DNA of 64,000 nucleotides from Sphagnum compactum (Eukaryota): NCBI GenBank assembly GCA_965153455.1, contig OZ234493.1, positions 21,814,213 to 21,878,212 of the forward strand, read 5' to 3'. Shown piece by piece: positions 63,574 to 64,000 of this stretch (position 1 is its first letter; each line of letters starts with the position of its first letter). The notes under the pieces were generated by a model. It saw only the letters and a program-made list of their open reading frames with translations, ran no database searches and was not told where the DNA came from. The position numbers and the translations under genes were made by a program.

Positions 63574-64000
63574 ATGGAACCGTCTCAAGAGCCAAGTTTC
63601 CTGTACCAGATGATGATGGGTTCAAGCTCTTCACTTCCCTTGTTCGTTGTGCCTCACAGAGCACCTCCAGCTCCACCCAAGATTGGAAAGATGATTCTAC
63701 GGCATTGTTGATGGATTTGTTTGAGGAGAAGTTTCTGGCGAATAGCATGAACAGCTTGACACAGCAGCAGTGGCAAGAAATTTTATTGAGGATTGAGGAG
63801 GCATTTCCATCCACCCTCCGCACACTTGAGTTCAAGTTCAGTGCAAAGTACACAAAATCCAGAAGGAATTTAATCAGTTGAAACAGGAGCATGGAGAATC
63901 CAGCGCAGGTCAATGCAAATGGCCATGGTTTAAGCAATGTTTAATGATTTGGGGCAAGACTTCCAAGGCTTGTGGCACTGCTGGAAGTATGGACAATGGT
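63574..64000 (+). pseudogene. Myb/SANT-like (trihelix or PIF/Harbinger ORF1 type) gene, frameshifted, runs off the window
   Basis: WKDDSTALLMDLFEEK...QWQEI...RT, then in a shifted frame QVQCKVHKIQKEF...KWPWFKQC. Confidence 0.7.

Noticed and set aside
63171-64000. Complete PIF/Harbinger transposon around the Myb/SANT gene
   Set aside because: No Harbinger nuclease ORF, TIR or TAA/TTA TSD could be identified in the window

Overview
Eukaryotic, intron-containing, AT-rich plant DNA; the repeat style suggests a bryophyte such as Sphagnum (inference only). About 60% of the window is nested transposons. There are three copies of one Mutator-like (MULE) family: a complete 12.8 kb copy with TIRs and a 9-bp TSD, a 5'-truncated copy, and a 6.4 kb transposase-less derivative. 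The left half of a sister MULE family is also present. Each MULE carries a convergent second gene encoding a C2H2 zinc-finger protein plus dense motif arrays. A young, apparently self-priming Ty3/gypsy chromovirus sits inside one transposase. The host DNA looks like a tandem array of a unit made of an upstream block, a kinase gene and a Myb/SANT gene. The most striking item is the host gene at 48142-56238. By splice-phase reconstruction it joins a degenerate RLK/Pelle-type pseudokinase, via an unknown domain and an acidic Pro-rich linker, to a ~295-aa C-terminal domain whose motif order resembles alpha-hemolysin/leukocidin beta-pore-forming toxins. A partial diverged paralog follows at 57619-61705. 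All homology calls were made by eye and need HMM or structure confirmation.
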